Below, piece after piece: positions 52,100 to 59,875 of a DNA stretch of 64,000 nt. The notes beneath the pieces are model-generated. The model ran no database searches and was not told where the DNA came from. It was given only the letters and a program-made list of their open reading frames with translations. Position 1 is the stretch's first letter. Every line of letters begins with the position of its first letter. The position numbers and the translations under genes were made by a program. Origin of the DNA: an uncultured virus (IMG/VR IMGVR_UViG_3300020385_000006) (lineage: Duplodnaviria > Heunggongvirae > Uroviricota > Caudoviricetes); IMG/VR virus record IMGVR_UViG_3300020385_000006, positions 62,001 to 126,000 of that record, one strand, 5' to 3'.

Positions 52100-53742
52100 T
52101 ACATTTTCCTTATCATTGCTCGAATTATACCGCCTTCAATATTTGTTTCTAATGATTGAGCAATTATTTTTCCAAATAATTGAAGTTCAAATATTTTACT
52201 AGGATTGACTGCTTTACCATGTCCTGTGATATTACTAGTAATTATATAATCGCCTTCGTATACTGGGCCATTTACTAATACAGGTTCTGCTCCTAATATG
52301 ATTGGAAAATTACTACCAGATGAAACGATACCCATTATTAACGGATCTGCTTCGGCTGTACATGGCACCATTTGACCGGCTTTTGAGACCAATACAGTAC
52401 CTGGTTGTAGTTGATCTAATCCTTTGGTTTCTAAATTAATTTCATGTATACCACCAAAAAATGTATCTATAGCAAATATTGCTTGCCATTTTTTATCAAA
52501 TGCTCCTAAATTATGAGAGCCATCGGCAGATGGTATTATATTTTCTCCAACCGCTGAAAAATCTCCTCCTCCTCCGCCACCACCATAACTACCAGTATAA
52601 TATACTTGGCCAGTATCTGTATCATACATTAACGTGTTTAATGCAGATGCCGTCGTTGATGCACTTATAAATAAATGTCCACTTGCACTTATATTACCTG
52701 ATGATGTTATGTCACCTAAAGTTTGTAATGAACTTGAAATAACACCTGCAGGCAAATTTAATTTTATTTGAGCAGAACTTGAAATGGTATTTGCTGGCAG
52801 ATTTAATTTTATTTGAGCAGAACTTGAAATGGTATTTGCTGGTAGATTTAATTTTACTTGAGCAGAACTTGATATTACACCTCCGCCAATATTTTCTTGC
52901 ACTTGCGATGCAGAAATAAATGATTGACCTTGCCAAGAACCTGATATTCCAGCTGGTGTAAAAGCAGTGCCTGACATGAAATCACTAGAAAGTTGTGCAG
53001 AACTTGATATTACACCTCTGAATATACCGACAAAACTGGGTGCGGTTACTATCCCATCAGCAAGAGTTAAATTACTACCGGTGATGAATACAGAACCTGT
53101 AAATTGATGTGTAACGTCAGATGGTATTGATCCAGAACCAAATATAGTTGATCCAGATCTTACAACTAACTGATCTTCGAATATCTGCACTCCATTAAAT
53201 GCAATACTTCCATCTAACCGCGTATCATCAGTTACTAACAATTGTGATGCTGTTACGCGCGATGATGATATATTTGTAAACGTTACATCTGTTCTGCTGG
53301 CTGATGCTTCAGTTAATGTTATACGAGTCGAAAATGATTCGCTAGCTGATGTTAACGTACTGGCTGATGCTTCAGTTAAAGTTACACGTGTACTAAATGA
53401 TTCGCTAGCTGATGTTAACGTACTAGCAGATGCTTCAGTTAAAGTTACACGTGTACTAAATGATTCGCTAGCTGATGTTAATGTGCTGGCTGTTGCTTCT
53501 GTCAATGTTACACGCGCCGAAAATGAACCACTATCGGTTACCATGCTACTGGCTGATGTTTCAGTTAAAGTTACACGTGTAGAAAAAGATGCACTCGTAT
53601 CATAAAATGCACCTGATATTTGTGTTGATAAAGCAATAGGTATTATAGACCCTGTACCATCAGCAAAATTAACGCCATCAGTTTGGACTACACGCTGAAA
53701 AGTGTCTTTTATATTCTGGCCTGTAAAATTGTCAAGAGCCAT
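52099..53742 (-). CDS. Repeat-rich fibre protein (547 aa)
   Basis: 21-aa and 15-aa tandem repeats; C-terminal VNGPVYEGDYIITS...IIAQSLE chaperone-like domain. Confidence 0.75.
   Translation of the reverse strand: MALDNFTGQNIKDTFQRVVQTDGVNFADGTGSIIPIALSTQISGAFYDTSASFSTRVTLTETSASSMVTDSGSFSARVTLTEATASTLTSASESFSTRVTLTEASASTLTSASESFSTRVTLTEASASTLTSASESFSTRITLTEASASRTDVTFTNISSSRVTASQLLVTDDTRLDGSIAFNGVQIFEDQLVVRSGSTIFGSGSIPSDVTHQFTGSVFITGSNLTLADGIVTAPSFVGIFRGVISSSAQLSSDFMSGTAFTPAGISGSWQGQSFISASQVQENIGGGVISSSAQVKLNLPANTISSSAQIKLNLPANTISSSAQIKLNLPAGVISSSLQTLGDITSSGNISASGHLFISASTTASALNTLMYDTDTGQVYYTGSYGGGGGGGDFSAVGENIIPSADGSHNLGAFDKKWQAIFAIDTFFGGIHEINLETKGLDQLQPGTVLVSKAGQMVPCTAEADPLIMGIVSSGSNFPIILGAEPVLVNGPVYEGDYIITSNITGHGKAVNPSKIFELQLFGKIIAQSLETNIEGGIIRAMIRKM
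52730..52875 (-). repeat. 45-bp tandem repeat (ISSSAQIKLNLPANT)
   Basis: About 3 copies, near-identical DNA. Confidence 0.85.
53296..53590 (-). repeat. 63-bp tandem repeat (SESFSTRVTLTEASASTLTSA)
   Basis: About 4.5 copies with period 63 nt, central copies near-identical. Confidence 0.9.
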
Positions 53743-53752
53743 TTATATAACC

Positions 53753-54313
53753 TTATTTTTTATATAAACCTTTGAGAACTCCTTTAATAACTTCTCGTCG
53801 TTTGGTTTCTGTTAGCGGTTTATATTTTGTATATGTTGCAACTATTTTATTTATTCTATCTTTTTTAACACTTAAATTATTAATATCAATATTTTCACGC
53901 ACTAATAATTTTAATATATTTTTAACATGACTAACTTCTTGTTCTGTAATTTGTTGTTTAACGTTACTGACCTGAACTTTATTTTCTTGTATTACCGGTT
54001 GCTTTTGAGATCGAACTTCTACAGTTACTTGTTTACTAGCCTGTATATCAAATTCAGATTTCCATGGCGTAAAATATGTATCCTCGGCAATTACTTCTAA
54101 ACGAATATTACCTTTAGAGGATTCATCAATTAATCCTTTCAATTTACGTATAGGAATTTCACATTTACCTGATTCGGAAATTTTTCCATTAAACATTAAA
54201 CTGTAATCTGATGTTTCTACTACTAACCTAGCAGTTGATTTTTTTAGACTCGCGCCTTCTATTTTGATATCACATTCAAATAGTTCTGGTTTATCCGTGT
54301 ATAATTTATACAT
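53753..54313 (-). CDS. hypothetical protein (186 aa)
   Basis: Overlap-coupled with the upstream small gene; head-fibre junction position. Confidence 0.7.
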   Translation of the reverse strand: MYKLYTDKPELFECDIKIEGASLKKSTARLVVETSDYSLMFNGKISESGKCEIPIRKLKGLIDESSKGNIRLEVIAEDTYFTPWKSEFDIQASKQVTVEVRSQKQPVIQENKVQVSNVKQQITEQEVSHVKNILKLLVRENIDINNLSVKKDRINKIVATYTKYKPLTETKRREVIKGVLKGLYKK

Positions 54314-54629
54314 GTATATTCTCCACTGTTAAATCAATTCCTAATACTTCTTTTACTACTAATTCACAATCTTCGGCAGTTACTTTAATATCATCTCTAA
54401 TGGTTTTTTGTCCAGAATATGTTTCAATTCCTTTAACTTTGCATATCAATTTTATAAATCGCTTCTTTTTTTCTGGATCTAATTGATTAACATTATATGC
54501 AATTTCATCACCAGTCGCGGCTCCCACTTCCAATATAAGGAATACATCATCCCATTTATATGGATTTTCACCCCATGTACTTATACCGGTTATTGATCTT
54601 ACATTATCCCATCGTAAATTAATTGCCAT
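54306..54629 (-). CDS. hypothetical protein (107 aa)
   Basis: Late motif 4 nt upstream of ATG. Confidence 0.7.
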   Translation of the reverse strand: MAINLRWDNVRSITGISTWGENPYKWDDVFLILEVGAATGDEIAYNVNQLDPEKKKRFIKLICKVKGIETYSGQKTIRDDIKVTAEDCELVVKEVLGIDLTVENIHV

Positions 54630-54633
54630 TTTA

Positions 54634-54642
54634 TATAAATAT
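54634..54642 (-). promoter_or_regulatory. Late-type motif ATATTTATA
   Basis: Only 4 nt upstream of ATG 54629. Confidence 0.65.
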
Positions 54643-54647
54643 GCTCA

Positions 54648-55313
54648 TTAATGATAACCATTCAATAATTCTAATAAATCATCAATTGCGCCATGTCTAT
54701 GAGAATCTTCCAATACAGTTTTAAATACATACTTTGAATTAGTTAGTTTAGACATATCATGATAAGCAGAATAATTTTTATCTTTAAGATCTATTTGATA
54801 TGAATCTCCGCAAAAAATCATTTTAGAATCTTTGCCTAATCGACCAATTGCCATGGCGAGTTGAGATCTGGTTAAATTTTGAAATTCATCTACAATAACT
54901 ACCGCATTATCAAAAGTACGTCCACGAAAATGTGCTAATGAACATAATTCGATTGATTCACTTTTTTCCATGGATTCTAATTTATCTGGTTTATTATATA
55001 CCTTTCGCATATTTGAACGGATAGGAACGAGCCATGGCTCCATCTTTTCTTTTTCAGATCCTGGTAAAAATCCGTTATCTTCTGTAGCAATTGTAGGCCT
55101 AGTAATTACTATTTTATTATATTGGCGTTTAAAAAATTGATCCAATGCTACTTGTACTGCTAATAACGTTTTACCAGATCCTGCTTTACCGACAATAAAA
55201 TTGAACGGATGTTCTAAAATTTGCATTTTTGCTGCTTTTTGTTCTGGTGATAATGATAATGAAAACCGAACTGCACCTTTTGGTGGAGTTTTTTCTGTAT
55301 TTGCTTTTGCCAT
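54648..55313 (-). CDS. phoH: PhoH-family ATPase
   Basis: GKAGSGKT, KIVITRP, GFLPGS, FRGRTFDNAVVIVDEFQN, RLGKDSKMIFCGD.YQID. Confidence 0.95.
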   Translation of the reverse strand: MAKANTEKTPPKGAVRFSLSLSPEQKAAKMQILEHPFNFIVGKAGSGKTLLAVQVALDQFFKRQYNKIVITRPTIATEDNGFLPGSEKEKMEPWLVPIRSNMRKVYNKPDKLESMEKSESIELCSLAHFRGRTFDNAVVIVDEFQNLTRSQLAMAIGRLGKDSKMIFCGDSYQIDLKDKNYSAYHDMSKLTNSKYVFKTVLEDSHRHGAIDDLLELLNGYH

Positions 55314-55341
55314 CTCGTGACCCCTTTAGTTAACTATTTTA

Positions 55342-55350
55342 TATAAATAT
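55342..55350 (-). promoter_or_regulatory. Late-type motif ATATTTATA upstream of phoH
   Basis: 28 nt upstream of start 55313. Confidence 0.6.
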
Positions 55351-55356
55351 GTAACA

Positions 55357-55387
55357 GTGAAAGAGCCGGCTATAAACCGACTCTCAC
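55357..55387 (-). terminator. Possible terminator hairpin after AAA ATPase
   Basis: Sense GAGAGTCGGTT-TAT-AGCCGGCTCTT-TCAC with G-U pairs; weak U-tract. Confidence 0.5.
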
Positions 55388-55396
55388 AACAACACA

Positions 55397-56170
55397 CTAA
55401 CAACCCATTACTTGTTCCGCCACCATTTGTCTCCAATTTGGAAATCCCATTTGACGAATTCTAATTGCTTTAATTAATGATCGGAAATTTAATTCAACGG
55501 CATCAAACTTTTTAAATGCAGATTTCAATGCACTTAAAGCTTCTTTTTTAATTTTCATGTCTTTAATTTCTGGTTCAATTACCGGAAGTAAATCAGTCAT
55601 TCTTTTTAACATTTGATTTGGAGTTAATGTTATATCCAATACAAATGCACGACTACGAATTGCACTATCTACTTTTTGAATTGGTAAATTAGATATAAAA
55701 ATTATCTTACCAGTAAAATCAAATGATCTAGGAAGAGCATCACCATCTCTATCTTTAAGAGGTTTAGCTGACATCCAACTAATAACTCGTTTATCGTAAC
55801 TATCTAAAGCTCCTTTTAATAAGTTAACACCATCTGAATCTTTAAATACTGAATCGCAGTCATCAAATATAATTAATTTATCGCTATTTTCAAATAATGT
55901 AATAAACATACCTGCTGCAGTACAACGACCTTTTACATGTACAAAATCAATACCTTCTTCAAATCCTACTTCATCTAATGTTCTTGTAATATTAAATGTC
56001 TTTCCTAATCCAGGCATGCCGGTAACAACTAACGATGGAGAAACTCCAGCCGCTACCATTTTTGTCAAGTTATTCATATCATCAAACATTGCTGAAGGAC
56101 GTTTCTTTTCTTGGAAAGTTTTAAAATTCATTTTCATGTTTTTGGTTTTTTGGTTTTTAGCTATACGCAT
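55397..56170 (-). CDS. AAA+-type P-loop ATPase (start may be ATG 56137)
   Basis: Walker A GMPGLGKT, Walker B LIIFDDCD, IIFISN sensor-1, AIRSR arginine finger. Confidence 0.85.
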   Translation of the reverse strand: MRIAKNQKTKNMKMNFKTFQEKKRPSAMFDDMNNLTKMVAAGVSPSLVVTGMPGLGKTFNITRTLDEVGFEEGIDFVHVKGRCTAAGMFITLFENSDKLIIFDDCDSVFKDSDGVNLLKGALDSYDKRVISWMSAKPLKDRDGDALPRSFDFTGKIIFISNLPIQKVDSAIRSRAFVLDITLTPNQMLKRMTDLLPVIEPEIKDMKIKKEALSALKSAFKKFDAVELNFRSLIKAIRIRQMGFPNWRQMVAEQVMGC

Positions 56171-56196
56171 ATCTCTATCTTTTAATTACTTATAAT

Positions 56197-56228
56197 TAAA
56201 GATAAGGAAAAGATCTCACGCTACCAAA
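56197..56228 (-). promoter_or_regulatory. Host-sigma-type promoter of AAA ATPase
   Basis: Sense TTTG-GTAGCGTGAGATCTTTTCCT(20)-TATCTTTA; differs from TAnnTTTG only at the last base. Confidence 0.72.
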
Positions 56229-56257
56229 TCTTTTGGCAGCTTTTTTTAAAAAAGTTC

Positions 56258-56288
56258 AAAAAAAAACCCTCCATGGTAGGAGGGCTTT
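56258..56288 (-). terminator. Intrinsic terminator after major capsid gene
   Basis: Sense AAAGCCCTCC-TACCAT-GGAGGG-T9. Confidence 0.9.
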
Positions 56289-56310
56289 AATATAAAAATA
56301 ATTTTAAATA

Positions 56311-58047
56311 CTATATAGTATCTAAGCCATGAACTAATACTTTACCGTAGAATTCAGGACGAACTATTTTCTTAGCATAACGAGTCATAACACCTTTTCT
56401 TGGAGTAAAGTTGTCTGGATCGTATACCAATGGAGTCATAATTAATGGAATGTATGGAGAATATACAGCACCTGTTTCTAGGAACTGAGATCCACGATAT
56501 CCCATTAAAATAGAATTTTCAGTCATATATGGATTCTTATAAACTTGGAATCTAGAATTAATAGATCCAACTTTTTGAACACCCATTGCAAACTGCATTT
56601 TATCACCATCTGTATCAGCAGCATATCCTGGAATAGATTCTAGGATAGTCGCAACAGTTGGAGAACATACAAGGAAGTTAGCTCCACCTCTTAAAGTTAA
56701 TTGGTGAATTTTGTTCGAAACTTTTTGTATTTTAGTACCTAAAGTTTGGAACCATGTTCCTTGGTTATATGCTTGAGCTGCAGAATTTCCGGCATTAAAT
56801 CCACCAACGGCTGCATTATACTCATAACCTACTTTCGCAGACCATCTTTCAACAGTTTGAGCATTTTCTTGTAACATGCCTAAAATTTCTAAATCAATTT
56901 CTTGCGAAACGTATTCAGATAACATGCTAGTCAATTCTGCTTCAGCATCAATTGAATGATATGCATTTAAATCTTGGGCAAATTCTGGAGTCCATACTGC
57001 CTTCAACTTACGTGTCTTTGCAACAATGGCTTCAGATCTCATTTCAAGATTAATTTCTGGAATATTTAAAGAAGTGGAGCCGTTCATGTCTTCGTTAGGA
57101 GCTTGATCTTCGTAGTCACCTCTAGTAATATCAGATGGTTGTAACGCAAATGATACTTTAAATGCAGATGTCGCTTTGATATCTGCATCTTTCTTAATTA
57201 AGAATTCAATATGCGAACCGTTAGCAGTTGTTCTAGTAAATTCTGGATAGAATGCATTTGATCCAGACAAGTTAAATGAACGAACAGCTTCTTGATCATA
57301 ACGAGCAGCTACAGATGCATCTGAATGTAATGATTTAGAAGGTACTGATAAAATAACATGATTATCACCATGTACAGATGCAGAAAACTCAGAATTAAAG
57401 TTTGTAAAGATACCTAACTCTGTAGCAGTCATTGCATCACCTGCTGATGCAGCAGTAGATGTAAATAAACCAGTAGTTGCAGATATAGAACCAGTTCTTG
57501 CAGTAGTAATTCCAGATTCACCTAATGTAACAGAAGCACCTTCCACCATATTAACTGAATATCCAAAACGACCTGGGCCATAAAGACCTTCAGTTCCTGG
57601 TGTTCCTTTACGAGCATCAGTGATACCAAATACAGAATCAGATTGAGCATCTTTTCCTTGACCAGTCAAGAAATCATTTCCACCTGCTTGGTCAATTTGA
57701 TTAACCGCAGTACCATATTTAAAGTCTAAGTAAAATACTAGACCAGATGGTAAGTTCATTGGTTGTACAGAAACAAAGTCTTTAGCAGCAATTTCAGCAA
57801 AAATTCTACGAACTAATGGAAGAGCTACCCCTGACCATTCTTCTGAATTTGAGTTTCCACCTGTCGCAGATGCTTCTGTTACCAATTGCTTGGCTTGGTT
57901 CTCTAAAAGAACGGCCATGCCTTTTCTTTCAACCTCTGATGATAATCCTTCCAATAAACCAGTCCTTTCCCACTTACGTTCAAGTGCGATAGCAGCTGCA
58001 TTTTGATTGGCACGACCATCTTGAGGCAATAATGAATTTATATTCAT
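56311..58047 (-). CDS. Major capsid protein (T4 gp23-like)
   Basis: LLENQ, LPLVRR, VQPMNLPSGLVF, AKTRKLKAVWTPEFAQDL, EIDLEIL, YSPYIPL, GVMTRY. Confidence 0.97.
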   Translation of the reverse strand: MNINSLLPQDGRANQNAAAIALERKWERTGLLEGLSSEVERKGMAVLLENQAKQLVTEASATGGNSNSEEWSGVALPLVRRIFAEIAAKDFVSVQPMNLPSGLVFYLDFKYGTAVNQIDQAGGNDFLTGQGKDAQSDSVFGITDARKGTPGTEGLYGPGRFGYSVNMVEGASVTLGESGITTARTGSISATTGLFTSTAASAGDAMTATELGIFTNFNSEFSASVHGDNHVILSVPSKSLHSDASVAARYDQEAVRSFNLSGSNAFYPEFTRTTANGSHIEFLIKKDADIKATSAFKVSFALQPSDITRGDYEDQAPNEDMNGSTSLNIPEINLEMRSEAIVAKTRKLKAVWTPEFAQDLNAYHSIDAEAELTSMLSEYVSQEIDLEILGMLQENAQTVERWSAKVGYEYNAAVGGFNAGNSAAQAYNQGTWFQTLGTKIQKVSNKIHQLTLRGGANFLVCSPTVATILESIPGYAADTDGDKMQFAMGVQKVGSINSRFQVYKNPYMTENSILMGYRGSQFLETGAVYSPYIPLIMTPLVYDPDNFTPRKGVMTRYAKKIVRPEFYGKVLVHGLDTI

Positions 58048-58060
58048 TTTCTTTTCCTTT

Positions 58061-58966
58061 TTACAGATTAGCTAATTTTTTCCATCTAGCAGATAATGCA
58101 GTACCTTCAGAAATCACTTTCTTTGGAGCTGTTGACCGACTAGGTGTAGAAGCATAGCTTTCTTTGATTGATCTTTTTGTTTTACCATTCAAGTTAAACG
58201 ATTCAGATAATGTAGCATAAACTAATTTTACTTCACGAATAGATGAAGCGCGATCAAAGTTTTCAATTACTTTCATTTTCTGAGATTCATTCATTGAATG
58301 ATTTTTAAACAATTTGTTTGAGAATAATAATTTTGCATTAAGAAGATTAACTTCATTAATTTTACCTTTCAAGAATCGAATAACGTTGTAAGCTTCTTCT
58401 AAGTCTTTTTTAGATTCGCCTTCATCTTCTTTAGCTTCTTCCACAGGGGTTTCATCTGCTTCATCTTCTTCTCTTAAAGCATTAATAATTTCATCAATAG
58501 AAATATCTTCATCTACTTCATCGCCGCGGCCTTCTTCAGCCACAGGAGCATCATCTTCACCTTCTGCATTTTCTGCAACTGGTTCTTCAGAAGCTGGTTC
58601 TTCTTCTTCATGAATTTCAGATTCTAATTCTTTGATAATCGCTTCTAATTCTAGATCTTCATCTTCAGCTACCGGCTCATCTTCAGGTGCCATTTCTTCA
58701 GAATGAACATCCATTGGATCTTCATCTGCATCCATGATACCTCTGCCTTCAGCTGCTACTGGCTCTTCCACCGGTGGTTCTTCAGCTACTGGTTCAGCTT
58801 CTAATTCTGGTTCATCTAAACCTTCTTCTTCAGCTAATTTAGCAGATAACATTGATTGTAATCTAGGAGTAAAAGCTTCTTCTAATGCAATTTTAGCATT
58901 AGCAAGTGCAGTTTCTCTTACGGCTTTCGCGTCTGCAATTGCTTCTTTTAATAAATCATTTGCCAT
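58061..58966 (-). CDS. Prohead core/scaffold protein
   Basis: Highly acidic with many xxE sites; directly upstream of MCP; C-terminal RWKKLANL. Confidence 0.85.
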   Translation of the reverse strand: MANDLLKEAIADAKAVRETALANAKIALEEAFTPRLQSMLSAKLAEEEGLDEPELEAEPVAEEPPVEEPVAAEGRGIMDADEDPMDVHSEEMAPEDEPVAEDEDLELEAIIKELESEIHEEEEPASEEPVAENAEGEDDAPVAEEGRGDEVDEDISIDEIINALREEDEADETPVEEAKEDEGESKKDLEEAYNVIRFLKGKINEVNLLNAKLLFSNKLFKNHSMNESQKMKVIENFDRASSIREVKLVYATLSESFNLNGKTKRSIKESYASTPSRSTAPKKVISEGTALSARWKKLANL

Positions 58967-59095
58967 GATTTTTCCTCTTATTTAATTTGGAAATAAGGCT
59001 ATTAAGAGCCTCAATAGGAAGTACTAATGTACTTATTTAGATAGAATTCGAGTGACCGATTATTAAAATACGGTATCGTTAACATTTATATATAT
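58967..59095 (-). promoter_or_regulatory. Structured 5' leader of the scaffold-MCP operon with variant late motif (59087-59095)
   Basis: Several inverted repeats in ~120 nt (see findings). Confidence 0.5.
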
Positions 59096-59128
59096 GCAGT
59101 AATTTACAAAAACATTCGTTTAAAACGT

Positions 59129-59150
59129 AAAAAAGTGCCAAAAGGCACAA
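59129..59150 (-). terminator. Intrinsic terminator after bS21 gene
   Basis: Sense GTGCC-TTTT-GGCAC-TTTTTT. Confidence 0.75.
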
Positions 59151-59153
59151 TTT

Positions 59154-59405
59154 TTACTGATTCTGGTCATCTAACCATTGATAATACTTGGCTCGATCAA
59201 CCTCCTCTTTTCGTTTTTGACCTTTTGATTTAAATTCTTTACGGTCTTTTAATTCTTGAATCTTCCCAGATTCTTTTAATTCTCTTTTAAAAGCTTTTAA
59301 TGCTGAGTTTATATCACCTTTTGGATATTGTTTTGTTGATAAAACTTTAACAGCTACACCTGCACCAGGTATAATACTTTTGAAATGTTTACTTTGTTTA
59401 CTCAT
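59154..59405 (-). CDS. rpsU: Phage-encoded ribosomal protein bS21
   Basis: V.V...DINSALKAFKRELKESGKIQELKDRKEF.SKGQKRKEEVDRAKYYQ matches the bS21 pattern (I.xAL(K/R)xFKR...G...E.R.R..F.KPS..R). Confidence 0.88.
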   Translation of the reverse strand: MSKQSKHFKSIIPGAGVAVKVLSTKQYPKGDINSALKAFKRELKESGKIQELKDRKEFKSKGQKRKEEVDRAKYYQWLDDQNQ

Positions 59406-59433
59406 GTAACTTATTTTATTTTAATATTAATTG

Positions 59434-59465
59434 ATAATATAACAAATATATTTCAAACGTCCTAA
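59434..59465 (-). promoter_or_regulatory. Host-sigma-type promoter of bS21
   Basis: Sense TTAG-GACGTTTGAAATATATTTGT(20)-TATATTAT. Confidence 0.6.
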
Positions 59466-59875
59466 TCTTCTGATAAAGATTCACCTATCTTATAATAACG
59501 ATTTAAAACAGTACCCATATCTTCATATGCCGATTCTAAACGTTGTTGCATTGAACTCATCTCTGTTGCAGTTTTTTCAAAAACTTTATAAGCTTCATTC
59601 ATTTGTTTCATATGTCTAGAAGTAGTAACATTATCAAACCAATGTTCAGTTTCTGATAAAGTCATCTTTTCTGCCCGTTCTACCACGCTTTTTAGAGTCT
59701 CTGCAACTTCTTTTAATCTACCCGAACCATATACCATCTCACCTAACTTATGAAAATTACCGACTGCTTCAAGAAACTCATTACGTTCTTCTTTTGTCAT
59801 TTTTTCATCATCTGTTTCTCCTAAATATTTTTCATTTAAGATATGCTTCATTAATTTGTTTTCGTATTTGTTCAT
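59462..59875 (-). CDS. Helical head-associated hypothetical protein (137 aa)
   Basis: Head operon position; ILNE near N-terminus. Confidence 0.75.
   Translation of the reverse strand: MNKYENKLMKHILNEKYLGETDDEKMTKEERNEFLEAVGNFHKLGEMVYGSGRLKEVAETLKSVVERAEKMTLSETEHWFDNVTTSRHMKQMNEAYKVFEKTATEMSSMQQRLESAYEDMGTVLNRYYKIGESLSED

Noticed and set aside
31143..52936. Nested minus-strand ORFs 31143-31379, 41209-41391 and 52712-52936
   Set aside because: Out-of-frame by-products of repetitive fibre genes
52730..53590. Tandem repeats as a CRISPR array
   Set aside because: No unique spacers; repeats are in-frame coding units
58967..59150. tRNA or known riboswitch in the scaffold leader
   Set aside because: No cloverleaf, T-loop consensus or recognisable riboswitch core; kept only as an unclassified structured leader
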